Below are positions 49,201 to 63,250 of a stretch of 64,000 bases of DNA, one piece after another (the stretch's first letter is position 1; every line of letters begins with the position of its first letter). The position numbers were made by a program, and so were the translations under genes. The notes beneath the pieces were generated by a model, which saw only the letters and a list, made by a program, of their open reading frames with translations, ran no database searches and had not been told where the DNA came from. This stretch comes from Mobula hypostoma (Eukaryota): contig NC_086106.1 in the NCBI RefSeq assembly GCF_963921235.1, positions 23,622,001-23,686,000 on the forward strand, given 5' to 3'.

Positions 49201-51771
49201 CTCCCTCCTGTGGTTCTGCCGCACTTAAACTTACAAGGCGAAGGTCATCGATATGCACCTCCAGTTTCCTGGCATGTTTCCTGAACAGCAGTATGTCGGT
49301 GCAGCTGATGCAGATGGGACTGTAGTTGGTGGTAGCAGTTAACAGGAAACTTCAAATCTGACACCCAGGCGATTGTCAAATCACGTTCGTGAGTATACTT
49401 GTTTAGTTTACCATAGTCTCAGATAAGAGTACCAGTATGCCGCGAAAGTGTTATTACCAGTGCCGAGAAAGTAAGTATAAAGAAAATAATTAATTTAGCA
49501 GCCCACAATCGTCGTAGAGAGATTTGTTGCAGACAGATTTGGTCTATCGTTTGCTTAAGTGGAAAATGTGAGGTTGCTCTGTTTTTTTTTCTTCTCTCTC
49601 TCTGTACCTCAAGAACATTCCTACTGCAACAGGAATTCTTTCCGCTGGGTTAACTAGCAAGCAGACGAAAACGGAACATGTGATAACATAACAGATATAG
49701 TTCTTTCCAAAATCAATGAATCGTCCCTCGTCACATTGGCCTTGCTGTTCAGCAAAGCAATATATAGATGAACGCCTAATTTAGCAATGTACTTGCAAAT
49801 CAGTGAACCCGATCAGGTTTAAGCTCCCCGTGAATTAAACATCAAACCCGGAATGTACCTCAAGGGCTACCAATATAAATCATGTAAAATCTTCTCGTGG
49901 CTAATCATTTATGGAATACTTTCTGCTACCACTGTCTGAGTTGGAATGTCATACATCTCTAAACTGGCAGCCGATGTGACTTAGAAATGCGTAGCATTTA
50001 TTGTATCGTCCGTTCAATCTCCAAAGCACTACACATGAAAACACTACTATCAGGGAGAATTACAGACCTGAAATAGTGAATTGCACAGTAGCAAGTTTCA
50101 GGCTGGATGGAAGAACACAAACAATGGGCCAAATACTGCATGGTTTCCTTAAGGGGAAACGTGCACAATAATTCATTGAATTTATATTCTGAAACAAAAG
50201 ACAGAGTAGAGCAGTTCGTCAGTGGGCATAGTTTACTTGGATATTCAGAAGTCCTTTGACATGTTGCGGCACATCAAGTTGGTCAACAGCATAAGAGTGC
50301 ATAGTATAAAGGAAAGATTTAACGTGAATAGAAAGACCGGTTGAGTTATAGGAAGAACGCGAGTATGACCCAATTCCAAGAATGAAAGAATTAACGTGCA
50401 AGCAGCTCAGGGATGCTACTCACTCGAGATTGGAAGAGTGTGAGTAACTATTAGTCATCCATATTGAATATTGAAATACCTAGACAGGGTGGAAGTCCAC
50501 AGTATATTTCCTGCAGTGGGTGTGTCCAGTACCAATCATAACAGCCTCAATAGAGAGAGATATAAATTGGAACAGAGGTGAAAAGGAAGTTGTTTTTTTT
50601 ATCCATATGGTGGTGACTCGGGTATTTTAATGTCATTACAGGTGAGGTCCTGTTATTCGGTCTATTCGGTGCATATTTTCATTGGTTCTTAGTTAGTCAG
50701 GCATCAAGGTTTACGGGGAGAAGAAAGGTGCACGATGTTGAGCGGTGTAATATTAAGGCATGATGGCATGGCAGAGCAATATCGAAACATAGAGTGCATG
50801 ACTTTTCTCCTGAGTGTCGTGGTCTCATGGTCTTATGGCCTTGACATCTGCCAGTGGGGAATATTGTTTCGTTTTCATATGATGGCGCATGCGAGAAAAT
50901 TGAATACCATTGCGTATGATCGGAGCATTAAGTGCCGGGGGAAGTAGAAACACCAATCGCTCCATTTTTGATTGACAACATTATTCGAAGATTTTTCCAG
51001 AAAATATAGGTTATGTGAGAGGTAGGCCAAATGATCAGCCGCAGAGCAAGTCCAAACAACGAAAATTCATGCTCATTTGTCAGAGAGCACATACCAGTCG
51101 TTTTGAAAATGTTCACGTTGTGTGTTGCGGTACTCATGATCGCACGCCTTGAAGTCTCTGTTTCAATCGATTTAAATCTATCTGAAAGTACGCACACTCA
51201 CCTTTTTATATTGTTACGGGTGCCTTGCTTTTCATCGCATGTCTAACCAATCTATTCACATTTGCCCAGTGTTGATTCATATTCTTTCAAGCTTTCGGAG
51301 TCCATTTACCTGCACAACAGCTGTAGTTGTTGTTTTTTTTAATATTATTATTTTTAAAGTGCCTCAAACACTTTGCGTTGCTGCTCATAGAATAAATAAA
51401 TTATACACCCTTTGGGTAAAAAAAAATAAATATTCTTTCAAGTTTGTACCATCAAGTTTCCTTTATGATTCCCACTTACCCAATTCTCATTCCCAATAGT
51501 AAAGATAGAGGATGAGGGCGTTAATCCTACCAATGGCCAATTATCTCTTATTCTCCAACATTCCAGGGAAAAAAAGTTTGAAATTGATCAAGTTCTCCAT
51601 AACCCAGTCTCGAGTGCATTCGAAATTACTTTGTAATTATTTAATATTTTATTTCCTCATGAATTATTACATTCATGTTCTCTGAATACACAGTACACGA
51701 TACATTAAAGCAACATACATCAAAGTTGCTGGTGAACGCAGCAGGCCAAGCAGCATCTATAGGAAGAGGTG

Positions 51772-51809
51772 CAGTCGACGTTTCAGGCCGAGACCCTTCG
51801 TCAGGACTA
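51772..51809 (-). ncRNA. Minimal type I hammerhead ribozyme motif (left arm)
   Basis: The minus strand reads UAGUC-CUGACGA-AGGgucucggCCU-GAAA-CGUC-GACUG, with intact core and stems I and II. Confidence 0.75.
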
Positions 51810-54800
51810 ACTGAAGGAAGAGTGAGGAAGCTGGAGGGGGAGGGGGAGATGCAAAATGATAGGAGAAGACAGGAGGGGAGGGATAGAGCCCAGAGCTGGA
51901 CAGGTGATAGGAAAAAAGGGATACGAGAGGATCATGGGACAGGAGGTCCGGGAAGAAAGACAAGGGGGGGGGTGTGACCCAGAGGATGGGCAAGAGGTAT
52001 ATTCAGAGGGACAGAGGGAGAAAAAGGAGAGTGAGAGAAAGAATGTGTGCATAAAAAGGAGTAACAGATGGGGTACGAGGGGGAAGTGGGGCCTTGCGGA
52101 AGTTAGAGAAGTCAATGTTCATGCCATCAGGTTGGAGGCTACCCAGACGGAATATAAGGTATTGTTCCTCCAACCTGAGTGTGACTTCATCTTTACAGTA
52201 GAGGAGGCCGTGGATAGACATGTCAGAATGGGAATGGAATGTGGAATTAAAATGTGTGGCCACTGGGAGATCCTGCTTTCTCTGGCGGACAGAGCGTAGA
52301 TGTTCAGCAAAGCGGTCTCCCAGTCTGCGTCGGGTCTCACCAATATATAAAAGGCCACATCGGGAGCACCGGACGCAGTATATCACCCCAGTCCACTCAC
52401 AGGTGAAGTGATGCCTCACCTGGAAGGACTGTTTGGGGCCCTGAATGGTGGTAAGGGAGGAAGTGTAAGGGCATGTGTAGCACTTGTTCCGCTTACACGG
52501 ATAAGTGCCTGGTGGGAGATCAGTGGGGAGGGATGGGGGTGGGGGACGAATGGACAAGGGAGTTGTGTAGGGAGCGAATCCAGCGGAATGCAGAGAGGGG
52601 GTGGGGGGGAGGGAAAGATGTGCTTCGTGGTGGGATCCCGTTGGAGGTGGCGGAGGTTACGGAGAATAATATGTTGGACCCGGAGGCTGGTGGGGTGGTA
52701 GGTGAGGACCAGGGGAACCCTATTACTAGTGGGGTGGTGGGAGGATGGAGTGAGAGCAGATGTACGTGAAATGGGGGAGATGCGTTTAAGAGCAGAGTTG
52801 ATAGTGGAGGAAGGGAAGCCCCTTTCTTTAAAAAATGAAGACATCTCCCTCGTCCTAGAATGAAAAGCCTCATCCTGAGAACAGATGCGGCGGAGACGGA
52901 GGAATTGCGAGAAGGGGATGGCGTTTTTGAAAGAGACAGGGTGAGAAGAGGATTAGTCCAGATAGCTGTGAGAGTCAGTAGGCTTATAGTAGACATCAGT
53001 GGATAAGCTGTCTCCAGAGACAGAGACAGAAAGATCTAGAAAGGGGAGGGAGGTGTCGGCAATAGACCAGGTAAACTTGAGGGCAGGGTGAAAGTTGGAG
53101 GCAAAGTTAATAAAGTCAACGAGTTCTGCATGCGTGCAGGAAGCAACGCAAATGTAGCGAAGGAAAAGTGGGGGACAGATACCAGAATAGGCACGGAACA
53201 TAGATTGTTCCACAAACCCAACAAAAAGGCAGGCATAGCTAGGACACATACCGCTGCTCATGGCTACACCTTTAGTTTGGAGGAAATGGGAGGAGCAAAA
53301 GGAGAAATTATTAAGAGTAAGGACTAATTCCGCTAGACGGAGCAGAGTGGTGGTAGAGGGGAACTGATTAGGTCTGGAATCCAAAAAAGAAGCGTAGAGC
53401 TTTGAGACCTTCCTGATGGGGGATGGAAGTATATAAGGACTGGACATCCATGGTGAAAATAAAGCGGTGGGGGCCAGGGAACTTAAAATCATCGAACAGT
53501 TTAAGAGCGTGAGAAGTGTCACGAACATAGGTCGGAAGGGATTGAACAAGGGGTGATAAAACCGTGTCGAGGTATGCAGAAACGAGTTCGGTGGGGCAGG
53601 AGCAAGCTGAGACAATAGGTCGGCCACGACAGGCAGGTTTGTGGATCTTGGGTAGGAGGTAGAAACGGGAAGTGCGGGGTGTGGGAACTATAAGGTTGGT
53701 AGCAGTGGATGGGAGATCCCCTGAGCGGATAAAGTCGGTGATAGTGTGGGAGACAATGGCCTGGTGCTCCTTAGTGGGGTCACGATCGAGGGGTAAATAA
53801 GAGGAGGTATCCGCGAGTTGTCGCTGTGCCTCGGCAAGGTAGAGGTCAGTACGCCAGACTACAACAGCACCCCCTTTATCGGTGGGTTTAATAATAAGGT
53901 TAGGATTAGTGCGGAGGGAGTGGAGAGCAGAGTGTTCCGAAGGAGTGAGGTTGGAATGGGGACAAGGTGCGGTGAAATCGAGACGGTTGATGTCCCGTCG
54001 GCAGTTAGCAATAAAGAGATCCAGAGCAGGCAGAAGACCAGAGCGGGGTGTCCATGAAGAAGAGGAGGGTTGAAGACGGGAGAAGGGGTCATCGGTGGGG
54101 GTGGAAGAGTCCTTGCTGAAGAAGTAGGCTCGGAGACGGAGACGGCGGAAGAAAAGTTCCGCATCATGGCATCCTCCCCGCTCTGATCCCAGCTGTCATC
54201 TGTGCCGGGTCTTTACCATCCGCTCCGACCTTCAACTGTCGGAGGAAGAACGCTCTGTTCTCAGTAAGAGCCTCACGTTTGTCCCTTTTCGCCCACACCT
54301 CAGCGAGTTCCGTGTTCGCCACGATGCGGAACTTTTCTTCCGCCGTCTCCGTCTCCGAGCCTACTTCTTCGACAAGGACACTTCCACCTCCACCAATGAC
54401 CCCTTCTCCCGTCTTCAACCCTCCTCTTCTTCATGAACACTCCGCTCTGGTCTTCTGCCTGCTCTGGATCTCTTTATTGCTAACTGCCGACGGGACATCA
54501 ACCGTCTCGACTTCACCGCACCTTGTCCCCATTCCAACCTCACTCCTTCGGAACGCTCTGCTCTCCACTCCCTCCGCATTAATCCTAACCTTATTATTAA
54601 ACCCACGATAAGGGGGGTGCTGTTGTAGTCTGGCGTACTGACCTCTACCTTGCCGAGGCACAGCGACAACTCGCGGATACCTCCTCTTATTTACCCCTCG
54701 ATCGTGACCCCACTAAGGAGCACCAGGCCATTGTCTCCCACACTATCACCGACTTTATCCGCTCAGGGGATCTCCCATCCACTGCTACCAACCTTATAGT

Positions 54801-56696
54801 TCCCACACCCCGCACTTCCCGTTTCTACCTCCGACCCAAGATCCACAAACCTGCCTGTCCTGGCCGACCTATTGTCGCAGCTTGCTCCTGCCCCACCGAA
54901 CTCGTTTCTGCACACCTCGACACGGTTTTATCACCCCTTGTTCAATCCCTACCGACCTATGTTCGTGACACTTCTCACGCTCTTAAACTTTTCGATGATT
55001 TTAAGTTCCCTGGCCCCCACCGCTTTATTTTCACCATGGATGTCCAGTCCTTATATACTTCCATCCTCCATCAGGAAGGTCTCAAAGCTCTACGCTTCTT
55101 TTTTGGATTCCAGACCTAATCAGTTCCCCTCTACCACCACTCTGCTCCGTCTAGCGGAATTAGTCCTTACTCTTAATAATTTCTCCTTTTGCTCCTCCCT
55201 TTTCCTCCAAACTAAAGGTGTAGCTATGGGCACCCGTATGGGTCCTAGCTATGCCTGCCTTTTCGTTGGGTTTGTGGAACAATCTATGTTCCGTGCCTAT
55301 TCTGGTATCTGTCCCTCACTTTTCCTTCGCTGCATCGACGACTGCATTGGCGTTGCTTCCTGCACGCATGCAGAACTCGTTGACTTTATTAACTTTGCCT
55401 CCAACTTTCACCCTGCCGTCAAGTTTACCTGGTCCATTTCCGACACCTCCCTCCCCTTTCTAGATCTTTCTGTCTCTGTCTCTGGGGACAGCTTATCTAC
55501 TGATGTCTACTATAAGCCTACTGACTCTCACAGCTATCTGGACTATTCCTCTTCTCACCCTGTCTCTTTCAAAAACGCCATCCCCTTCTCGCAATTCCTC
55601 CGTCTCCTCCTCATCTGTTCTCAGGATGAGGCTTTTCGTTCTAGGACGAGGGAGATGTCATCATTTTTTAAAGAAAGGGGCTTCCCTTCCTCCACTATCA
55701 ACTCTGCTCTTAAACGCATCTCCCCCATTTCACGTACATCTGCTCTCACTCCACCCTCCCACCACCCCACTAGGAATAGGGTTCCCCTGGTCCTCACCTA
55801 CCACCCCACCAGCCTCCGGGTCCAACATATTATTCTCCGTAACTTCCGCCACCTCGAACGGGATCCCACCACTAAGCACATCTTTCCCTCCCCCCCTCTC
55901 TCTGCATTCCGCAGGGATCGCTCCCTACACAACTCCCTTGTCCATTCGTCCCCCCCCCCATCCCTCCCCACTGATCTCCCTCCTGGCACTTATCCGTGTA
56001 AGTGGAACAAGTGCTACACATGCCCTTACACTTCCTCCCTTACCACCATTCAGGGCCCCAAACAGTCCTTCCAGGTGAGGCATCACTTCACCTGTGAGTC
56101 GACTGGGGTGATATACTGCGTCCGGTGCTCCCGATGTGGCCTTTTATATATTGGTGAGGCCCGACGCAGACTGGGAGATCGCTTTGCTGAACATTTACGC
56201 TCTGTCCGCCAGAGAAAGCAGGATCTCCCAGTGGCCACACATTTTAATTCCACATTCCATTCCCATTCTGACATGTCTATCCACGGCCTCCTCTGCTGTA
56301 AAGATGAAGTCACACTTAGGTTGGAGGAACAACACCTTATATTCCGTCTGGGTAGCCTCCAACCTGATGGCATGAACATTGACTTCTCTAACTTCCGCTA
56401 AGGCCCCACCTCCCCTTCGTACCCCGTCTGTTACTCATTTTTATGCACACATTCTTTCTCTCACTCTCCTTTTTCTCCCTCTGTCCCTCTGAATATACCT
56501 CTTGCCCATCCTCTGGGTCACCCCCCCCCCTTGTCTTTCTTCCCGGACCTCCTGTCCCATGATCCTCTCGTATCCCCTTTTGCCTATCACCTGTCCAGCT
56601 CTCGGCTCTATCCCTCCCTCTCCTGTCTTCTCCTATCATTTTGCATCTCCCCCTCCCCCTCCAGCTTTCAAATCCCTTACTCACTCTTCCTTCAGA

Positions 56697-56734
56697 TAGT
56701 CCTGACGAAGGGTCTCGGCCTGAAACGTCGACTG
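56697..56734 (+). ncRNA. Minimal type I hammerhead ribozyme motif (right arm)
   Basis: UAGUC/GACUG stem I, CUGACGA core, AGG/CCU stem II, GAAA and a palindromic ACGU in place of stem III. Predicted cleavage after GUC at 56729. Confidence 0.78.
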
Positions 56735-56971
56735 CACCTCTTCCTATAGATGCTGCTTGGCCTGCTGCGTTCACCAGCAACTTTGATGTATGTTGCTTGA
56801 ATTTCCAGCATCTGCAGAATTCCTGTTGTACACGATACATTAAGTTGTTTGATGCTTTTCTCTGGTGTTCATCGTAATAGGTCCGGACGCTGCAAATATT
56901 ACACAGGCAATTTCAGCAGGTCAAGTCTGGGAGGCATATAAATCTCGATAAATTCATGTTAAGCACTCCCA

Positions 56972-58539
56972 GAGTACTTAAGGAAGTAGCCCAGATATAG
57001 TGGATGCATTAGTGATAATTTTTCAAAACACTTTAGATTCTGGATTAGTTGCTGAAGATTGGAGTCTGGCTAATGTAAACATGTTTTTTTTTTAAGGAGG
57101 CAGATAGAAACCAGGGAATTATAGACCGGTAAGCCTGACATCGGTGGTGGGGGAAATGCTAGAGTCAATTATCAAAGATCTGATAACAGCGCATTTGGAA
57201 AGCGCTAAAATCATCGGACAAAGTCAGTCTGGACTTGTGAAAGGAAAATCATGTGTGGCGAATCTCATAGAGTTTTTTTGAGGATGTAACTAGTAGAGTG
57301 GATAGGGGAGAACCAGTGGATGTGGTATATTTGGTTTTTCAGAAAGCTTTTGACAAGGTCCCACACAGGAGATGAGTGTGCAAACTTATGCACACGGTAT
57401 TGGGGGTATGGTATTGATGTGGATAGAGAATTGGTTGGCAGACAGGAAGCGAAGAGTGGGAATAAACGGGACCTTTTTCAGAATGGCAGGCGGTGACTAG
57501 TGGGGTACCGCAAGGCTCAGTGCCAGTTGTTTTCAATATATATTAATGACTTAGACGAGGGAATTAAATGCAGCATCTCCAAGACTGCGGATGACACGAA
57601 GCTGGGCGGCAGTGTTAGCCGTTAGGAGGATGCTAAGAGGATGGCTGGGTGACTTGGATAGGTTAGGCAAGTGGGCAAATTCATGGCAAATGCAATTTAA
57701 TGTGGATAAATGTGAGGTTATCCACTTTCGTTGCAAGAACAGGAAAACAGATTATTATCTGAATGCTGGCCGATTAAGAAAAGGGGAGGTGCAACGAGAC
57801 CTGGGTGTCATTGTACACCAGTCATTGGAAGTGGGCATGCAGGTACAATAGGCGGTGAGAAAGGTGGATGGCATGCTGGCATTCATAGCAAGAGGATTCG
57901 AGTACAGTTAGCAGGGAGGTACTGCTGCAGTTGTACAAGGCCTTCGTGAGACCACACCTAGGGTACTGTGTGCAGTTTCAGTCCGATAATCTGAGGAAAG
58001 ACATACTTGCCATAGAGGGGGTACAAAGAAGGTTCACCAGATTGATTCCTGGGGTGGCAGGACTTTCATATGATGAAAGAGTGGATCGACTAGGCTTATA
58101 CTCTCTGGAATTCAGAAGATTGAGGGGGGAATCTGATTGAAACGTAGAAAATTCGAAAGGGATTGGACAGGCTAGATGTAGGAAGATTGTTCCCGATGTT
58201 GGGGAACTCCAGAACGAGGGTTAAAAGTTTGAGGATAAAGAGGAAGCGTTTGAGGATAAAGAGGAAGCCTTTTAGGACCGAAATGAAGAAAAACTTCTTC
58301 ACACAGAGAGTGCTGAATCTGTGGAATTTTCGGCCACAGGAAACAGTTGAGGGCAGCTCATTGGTTATATTTAGGAGGGAGTTAGATAAGGCCCTTGTGG
58401 CTAAAGGGATCAGGGTATATGGAGAGAAGGCAGGTATATGGTTCTGAGCTGGATGGTCAGCCATGGTCGTACTGAATGGCGGTGCAGGCTCGAAGGGCGG
58501 AATGGCACACTCCTGCACGTATTTTCTATGTTTCTATGT
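56972..58539 (+). mobile_element. 5'-truncated decayed CR1 LINE (paralog of 25073-26606)
   Basis: Same RT motifs, same left junction (ttaagcactccca) and same right flank (aaacaaat). Contains a 21-bp tandem duplication at about 58229-58270. Confidence 0.92.
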
Positions 58540-60074
58540 TAAACAAATCAGTTCTGTATACAATTTTCATCAAGTGTGCCGATCATACTTTTTGCAAGAT
58601 ACCCCATATTCTGTTAAACTTCTCACTAATAGAGACATATAGCATCGCAGTACATATTACATCATGAATCGTCAAACTGAGGATAATAATAACTCATTTA
58701 CACTGATACCTCACACATTCACGCAGTTAAGGATTCTTGGAGAAAGTCCACCGCCCCCACAAACTGACCGCAGCCTGGAGCCCCACGTGTCGAGAACTTT
58801 AGTATTACATTAGATTTATAGTCATGTTTTGCAGTCAATCGCCAGGTAGCCTGATGCAAGGAGAAACAGATCTGAAAAGAATAGGGACAAATGTACAGTA
58901 GAGATGGCTGCTAAAAGATAAAGTAAAGCAACACCGTTTTCTATTACAATGTCATCTTATTCCGATGTATTAAACCGACATACTGAGTAACTAAATACTG
59001 AATAATTAAAGGCCAACGAACTAGATAAGCGGCCCTGCGAGGTATATCAATGGGAAATCGCTTTATTTTGATGGCAGGGTGAGTAAATTTGAAGGCGAAG
59101 CCATGGGCAGCTGTAAATAGACACAATGGGTAATCTACCTGTTATGTACCGCCTGAGGTCTTTAGATTTGGTAGCTACTTGTCTGATACAAAATCATATA
59201 TACCCATACTTTTTACATGGGTGTCTTTCCGTCAATCTCTGTAATATTTTGATGGATGTTACCTGGACTTCACGATCTTCTGAAGAGTGTGGATTTGAAC
59301 CACTGTTCCGCCGTCACCTTTGCCCTCCGACCTCCAGGAATAACTTTCTTTTTTACATTGGTGCATTGATCGTGGTCCACTGAAAGTTGGAATTGTGATG
59401 TTTGTGTTGTGCATTCTGTTGCGCAGTCACAAAATATCTGTATCGGTTCCATGTCGGAGAAAATCGGTTTCAGCCACGATATGGTAAGTCCGACATTACT
59501 CAAGAAAACAAGGATTATATTCAATTACTCTTCTTTTACGGACTGTTTGTCTCACAGATCAGAATATCCCTTCGTGAATATCTGTAAAATACCTTGCCTT
59601 GAATGGTGCATAAAATTGTTGTGCCGCTTCCAACTTCAAGAACCCCTGTCAGGAACTCCAGTTACTATATCTTTTTGAATTCCATGAGCAATGGCAGGTC
59701 AACCTGCAATCCGTTTATGCCATTAATCGAAGTAAGATAAATAACTCTCCTTGCTGTGCATCAGAATAAACTAAATTTGTATTACTTCGAGATCCGATGG
59801 TACTGATAGTCAAAGAGAAACAAAACAGCAGGATTATAATTAAACCGAGGAAGTCTGCGAAAATGTTTGTGTTAATGCGTGTGCTTATCTCATTTGTTTC
59901 ACACTGCGCTTTTTTCATTGTGCTGGGATTAATTTGCTAATTTGCAGCGTCGCCCAAAGGACAAAAAAAAATTCTCTTTCTCAAACGAAAGGGCATGTCA
60001 GTGTTCAGTCTGCACTAAATTCAATTTCAATTGTCACCACCATAAATAGCACGAGTTGACTTTGTCGTATACAA

Positions 60075-60600
60075 AGGCAGAATCAGATTTATTATCTCTG
60101 AGATCTGTCGTGAAATTTGTTAATATTGCAGCAGCAGTTCACTGCAACATAGAAGAGCGGGGAAAACAAATAAAACAATAATATTAATTCATAAATAAAT
60201 ACATCAATTAGAGTATACTTGTATTGAATTGATTAAAATTCGTGCAAAACCAGTAATAATATATATAAAAAAACACAGTGAGGTACTGTTAAGGGGATCC
60301 ATGCGCATTTAGGAGTCGGACGGAAGAGTGGAAGAAACTATTACTGAATTGTTGAGTGTGTGCCTTCGTGCTATCTGTACATCCTACCCGATCGTAGCAG
60401 TGAGAAAAGGGCATGCCCTGGGTGCTGGAGAACCTGAATAATTGACGCTGCCTTTCTGAGACACCGCCCCTGGAATATTTCCTGGGTACTATGTTGTGTC
60501 GTACTCAAGATGGAGCTGCCTCCATTTACAGCGCTCTGCAGCTTCTTTCTGTCCTGTGCAGTAGCCGTCCGCCCCCACAATCACCATTCCTGACAGTGTT
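60075..60600 (-). mobile_element. Rex1/Babar-like LINE 3' remnant (paralog at about 44310-44835)
   Basis: Minus ORF RCLRKAASIIQVLQHPGHALFSLLRSGRMYR resembles the Rex1-type ORF C-terminus from recall. Not searched. Confidence 0.6.
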
Positions 60601-61749
60601 CCAGCCTGTCAGAAAATTAGAGCCTGTCCGTTATATTACTTCGGCCAATTTTACGTAGGACGGAATATGATTTTGCTTAATAAATATCCTCATTCATCTT
60701 TCAGAATCTGTTCAAACAGAAAAAAAAGTTTCGACACATGGTTCAAAGAAGACATACTACATTGCCATTTACCTCTCTATTTTAGTAACACTACCCGTTA
60801 CTTTGCTTTAACAACTCAAACATCTTTACTTGGTTCGGGATCCGAGCTCTTCATTCAACCCAGAATGTGATTTGATGTGAAAAGTTCACCGAATCAGAAA
60901 CGAGGACTTTGTTTTGAAATTCTTAATATCTGCTGATTTTGCTGGTTATCATCTTATGATGCACATTCTTCTTGGCTTATTTTCAGTGGTTCACTACATG
61001 GTGTTTAGTGATGCAGATAACTATATTGCGATAGGTCGAGCTACACATATTCCATTTGTTTTTTTTTTCTCTAACTCTTTCAAGTATTGCAATCTCGTCA
61101 AATCATTTTATTCAGCCTGTCCACCGTGGTTTTCGTCTCAGACTCGACACAGTGCACTATATCAAACGTGTTTGTGCACATGGATTTATCCTGATAACTT
61201 AAGGACTTCATTAGATATTCTTAAATTACAAGAAATGAAACGGGGACAGAAAGGGGAAAAAAATAAAAACATGGCTTTTGTTCGTTTTCCTGCATTGAAA
61301 CTAACCAGCTGTGAAAAGTACGTCTGACATGCATTCTGTGTTCTCCCTCATGCTTCATTGGTTGCTAATTGTTCTGTTTTACCTTTCTCGTTCTCTAAAC
61401 TTCAGACGTTAGATCATGACTACGATTTAGTTCATAATAAAATGATTGTTGGAATCATGACGGCCATTCATGATAACTCAGGAGCTGTTGTCGTGGCCCT
61501 CCTGCAACTACAGACAAACATTCTCGATTTGTGTTTACTCTATCTCTGGACACGTTGTCGCCTGGAGCGAGTGGTGATTGATAACTGAATCTCAGAATTA
61601 AAAAAAAAGCACAATTGCGGAGCTGTTTGTCTGTTTGGGAGGTTGAGACTGTGGTCTAATTTTGCGCAACTAATTACTCTCAGCGGCCGACCAAACTTTT
61701 TTTTTTCCAATCCCGGTACGCATTTAAATCCCACAATACAATTGTGTTA

Positions 61750-63250
61750 TTACCATTTTTGAATGGCTTTTCAAGCTCCCTTTGAAATCTTAAACAAAAT
61801 CCGAGCTTCTGTTTGGAGGCCTGTACATAATTACCACAGGACTTTTTTTTTTTTTCTTACCACTTGCGATTTCTAAACCAGCCACGAAGATTCAACATAT
61901 TCCGACCGTATACACTCCTTTCCAAAGATGTAATTCCGTCTCTTACCAACAGAAACAGACCACCGCCAATATCTTCCCTTCTCTCCTTCCGATACTGAGT
62001 TTGTCGTTTGATGTTAAGCTCCTGAATATGGTATTTGCTCAGCCACGACTCAGTGACACCCACATTGTTATACCTACCAATGTTTAATTACGCCAGGAAT
62101 TCGTCCACCATATTCAGAAAGCTACATGCATTGAAATACAGAACCTTCAGTCGCGCAATTTTCGACCTTTTGGACGTGGCCTCTATGATAAAAATTAACT
62201 TTTTATTTGTTTTCTCAGCATTTATACCCGATATTTCCTGTGCCCTTCATTATAATCACGTTACACTCATATTCTACTTGTAAACCTCTGGCTCATCCTC
62301 AGCTTTATCAAACTACTTCCCATCGCCCTGCCAGATTAGGTTAAAACACTCCCAACAACTCCTTAAATCTGACCTAAAGAATATCACACACCTCAGATTC
62401 ACTTGCAACCCATCCCTTTTATGCGACTTCCACGTGCCCCCCAAAATGTCCCAATTATCCAGAAATCTGAATCCTTGCGTTCTGCTTCAACTCTCACCCA
62501 TCCCTTTATCTGCCACGTCATTCTATTCCGGTTCGCACTGTCGCAGAGCACAGGCCGTAATTGTAGGATCATTACACCTGCGGTCCCGCCAAAAGATTCC
62601 TTCCTAACTCTCCATGTTCTGCTTTCCGGACCTGCTCCCTGATGTTCTTATGCCTTTGATACCAATTTGTACCACGACTTTTGGCTGCTTACCCTCCTTT
62701 TTCAGGATATTATTGACGTGTATAGAAACATTTGTGCCCCTAGCACCCGTCAGACAAATTACCATCCATTCTTCCTTTTTACGTCGTTAAATACGTTCAG
62801 CAGACCGTCTGCTACTATTGTTACTGCTGCTATCCTCTTCATTTCCATATCCTTCTGTGCCACAGAGCCAAGGTCAGTGTCAGAGGCACAACATCTATTG
62901 TTTCCCCCAGTTAGATCGTTCCCCCAAAATGGACAGCTAATTTTTGAGGGGGGCGCCCACATGTGTGTACATGACTGTCTGGTGTTTCCTGGTCCCTCTC
63001 CAGACAGTTACACAGTGATCTGTCTCCTGTAGAATTGGTGTGACTACTTCCCTTTTGCTCCTGTCTATAGCTGTTTACTTTCCCTAACTAGCCGAAGGAC
63101 ATCGAACTACAACTTTACATCCCTTATACGGTCTCTAACGATCTGCATTTCGATGCACCTGTGCAGATATGCCCATCGGAGCGCGGCTGGTGATCTCACA
63201 TGTGACACCTGGAAGAAGATACCGGATCTGTAGACGTACCTAGTATTCGC
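61750..63250 (-). mobile_element. Old CR1 remnant, ORF1 to endonuclease start
   Basis: Minus ORF GVTESWL...QYRKERREDIGGGLFLLVRDGI is a CR1 APE N-terminus and is continuous with the ORF1 remnant at 62280-63250. Confidence 0.65.

Larger units (their letters stand above)
51709..56828. mobile_element. Penelope-like element as a head-to-head inverted pair (RT + GIY-YIG endonuclease), inactive
   Basis: Right copy on + (54230-56400): QTKGVAMGTRMGPSYAC, RCIDD, GVIYCVRCSRCGLLYIGEARRRLGDRFAEH. Left copy on - (51708-54170). TSD (T)ACACGATACATTAA at 51694-51708 and 56829-56843. Empty site at about 24915-24930. Confidence 0.93.

Noticed and set aside
600-63030. Isolated CACAGTG/CACTGTG heptamers (e.g. 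about 617, 25070, 28014, 32189, 35754, 60274, 61149, 63013) as possible D/J signals
   Set aside because: None of those I checked has a nonamer-like motif at 12 or 23 bp, and no FGxG J motif was seen. There is therefore no support for D/J segments, NAR-TCR or TAILV cassettes here.
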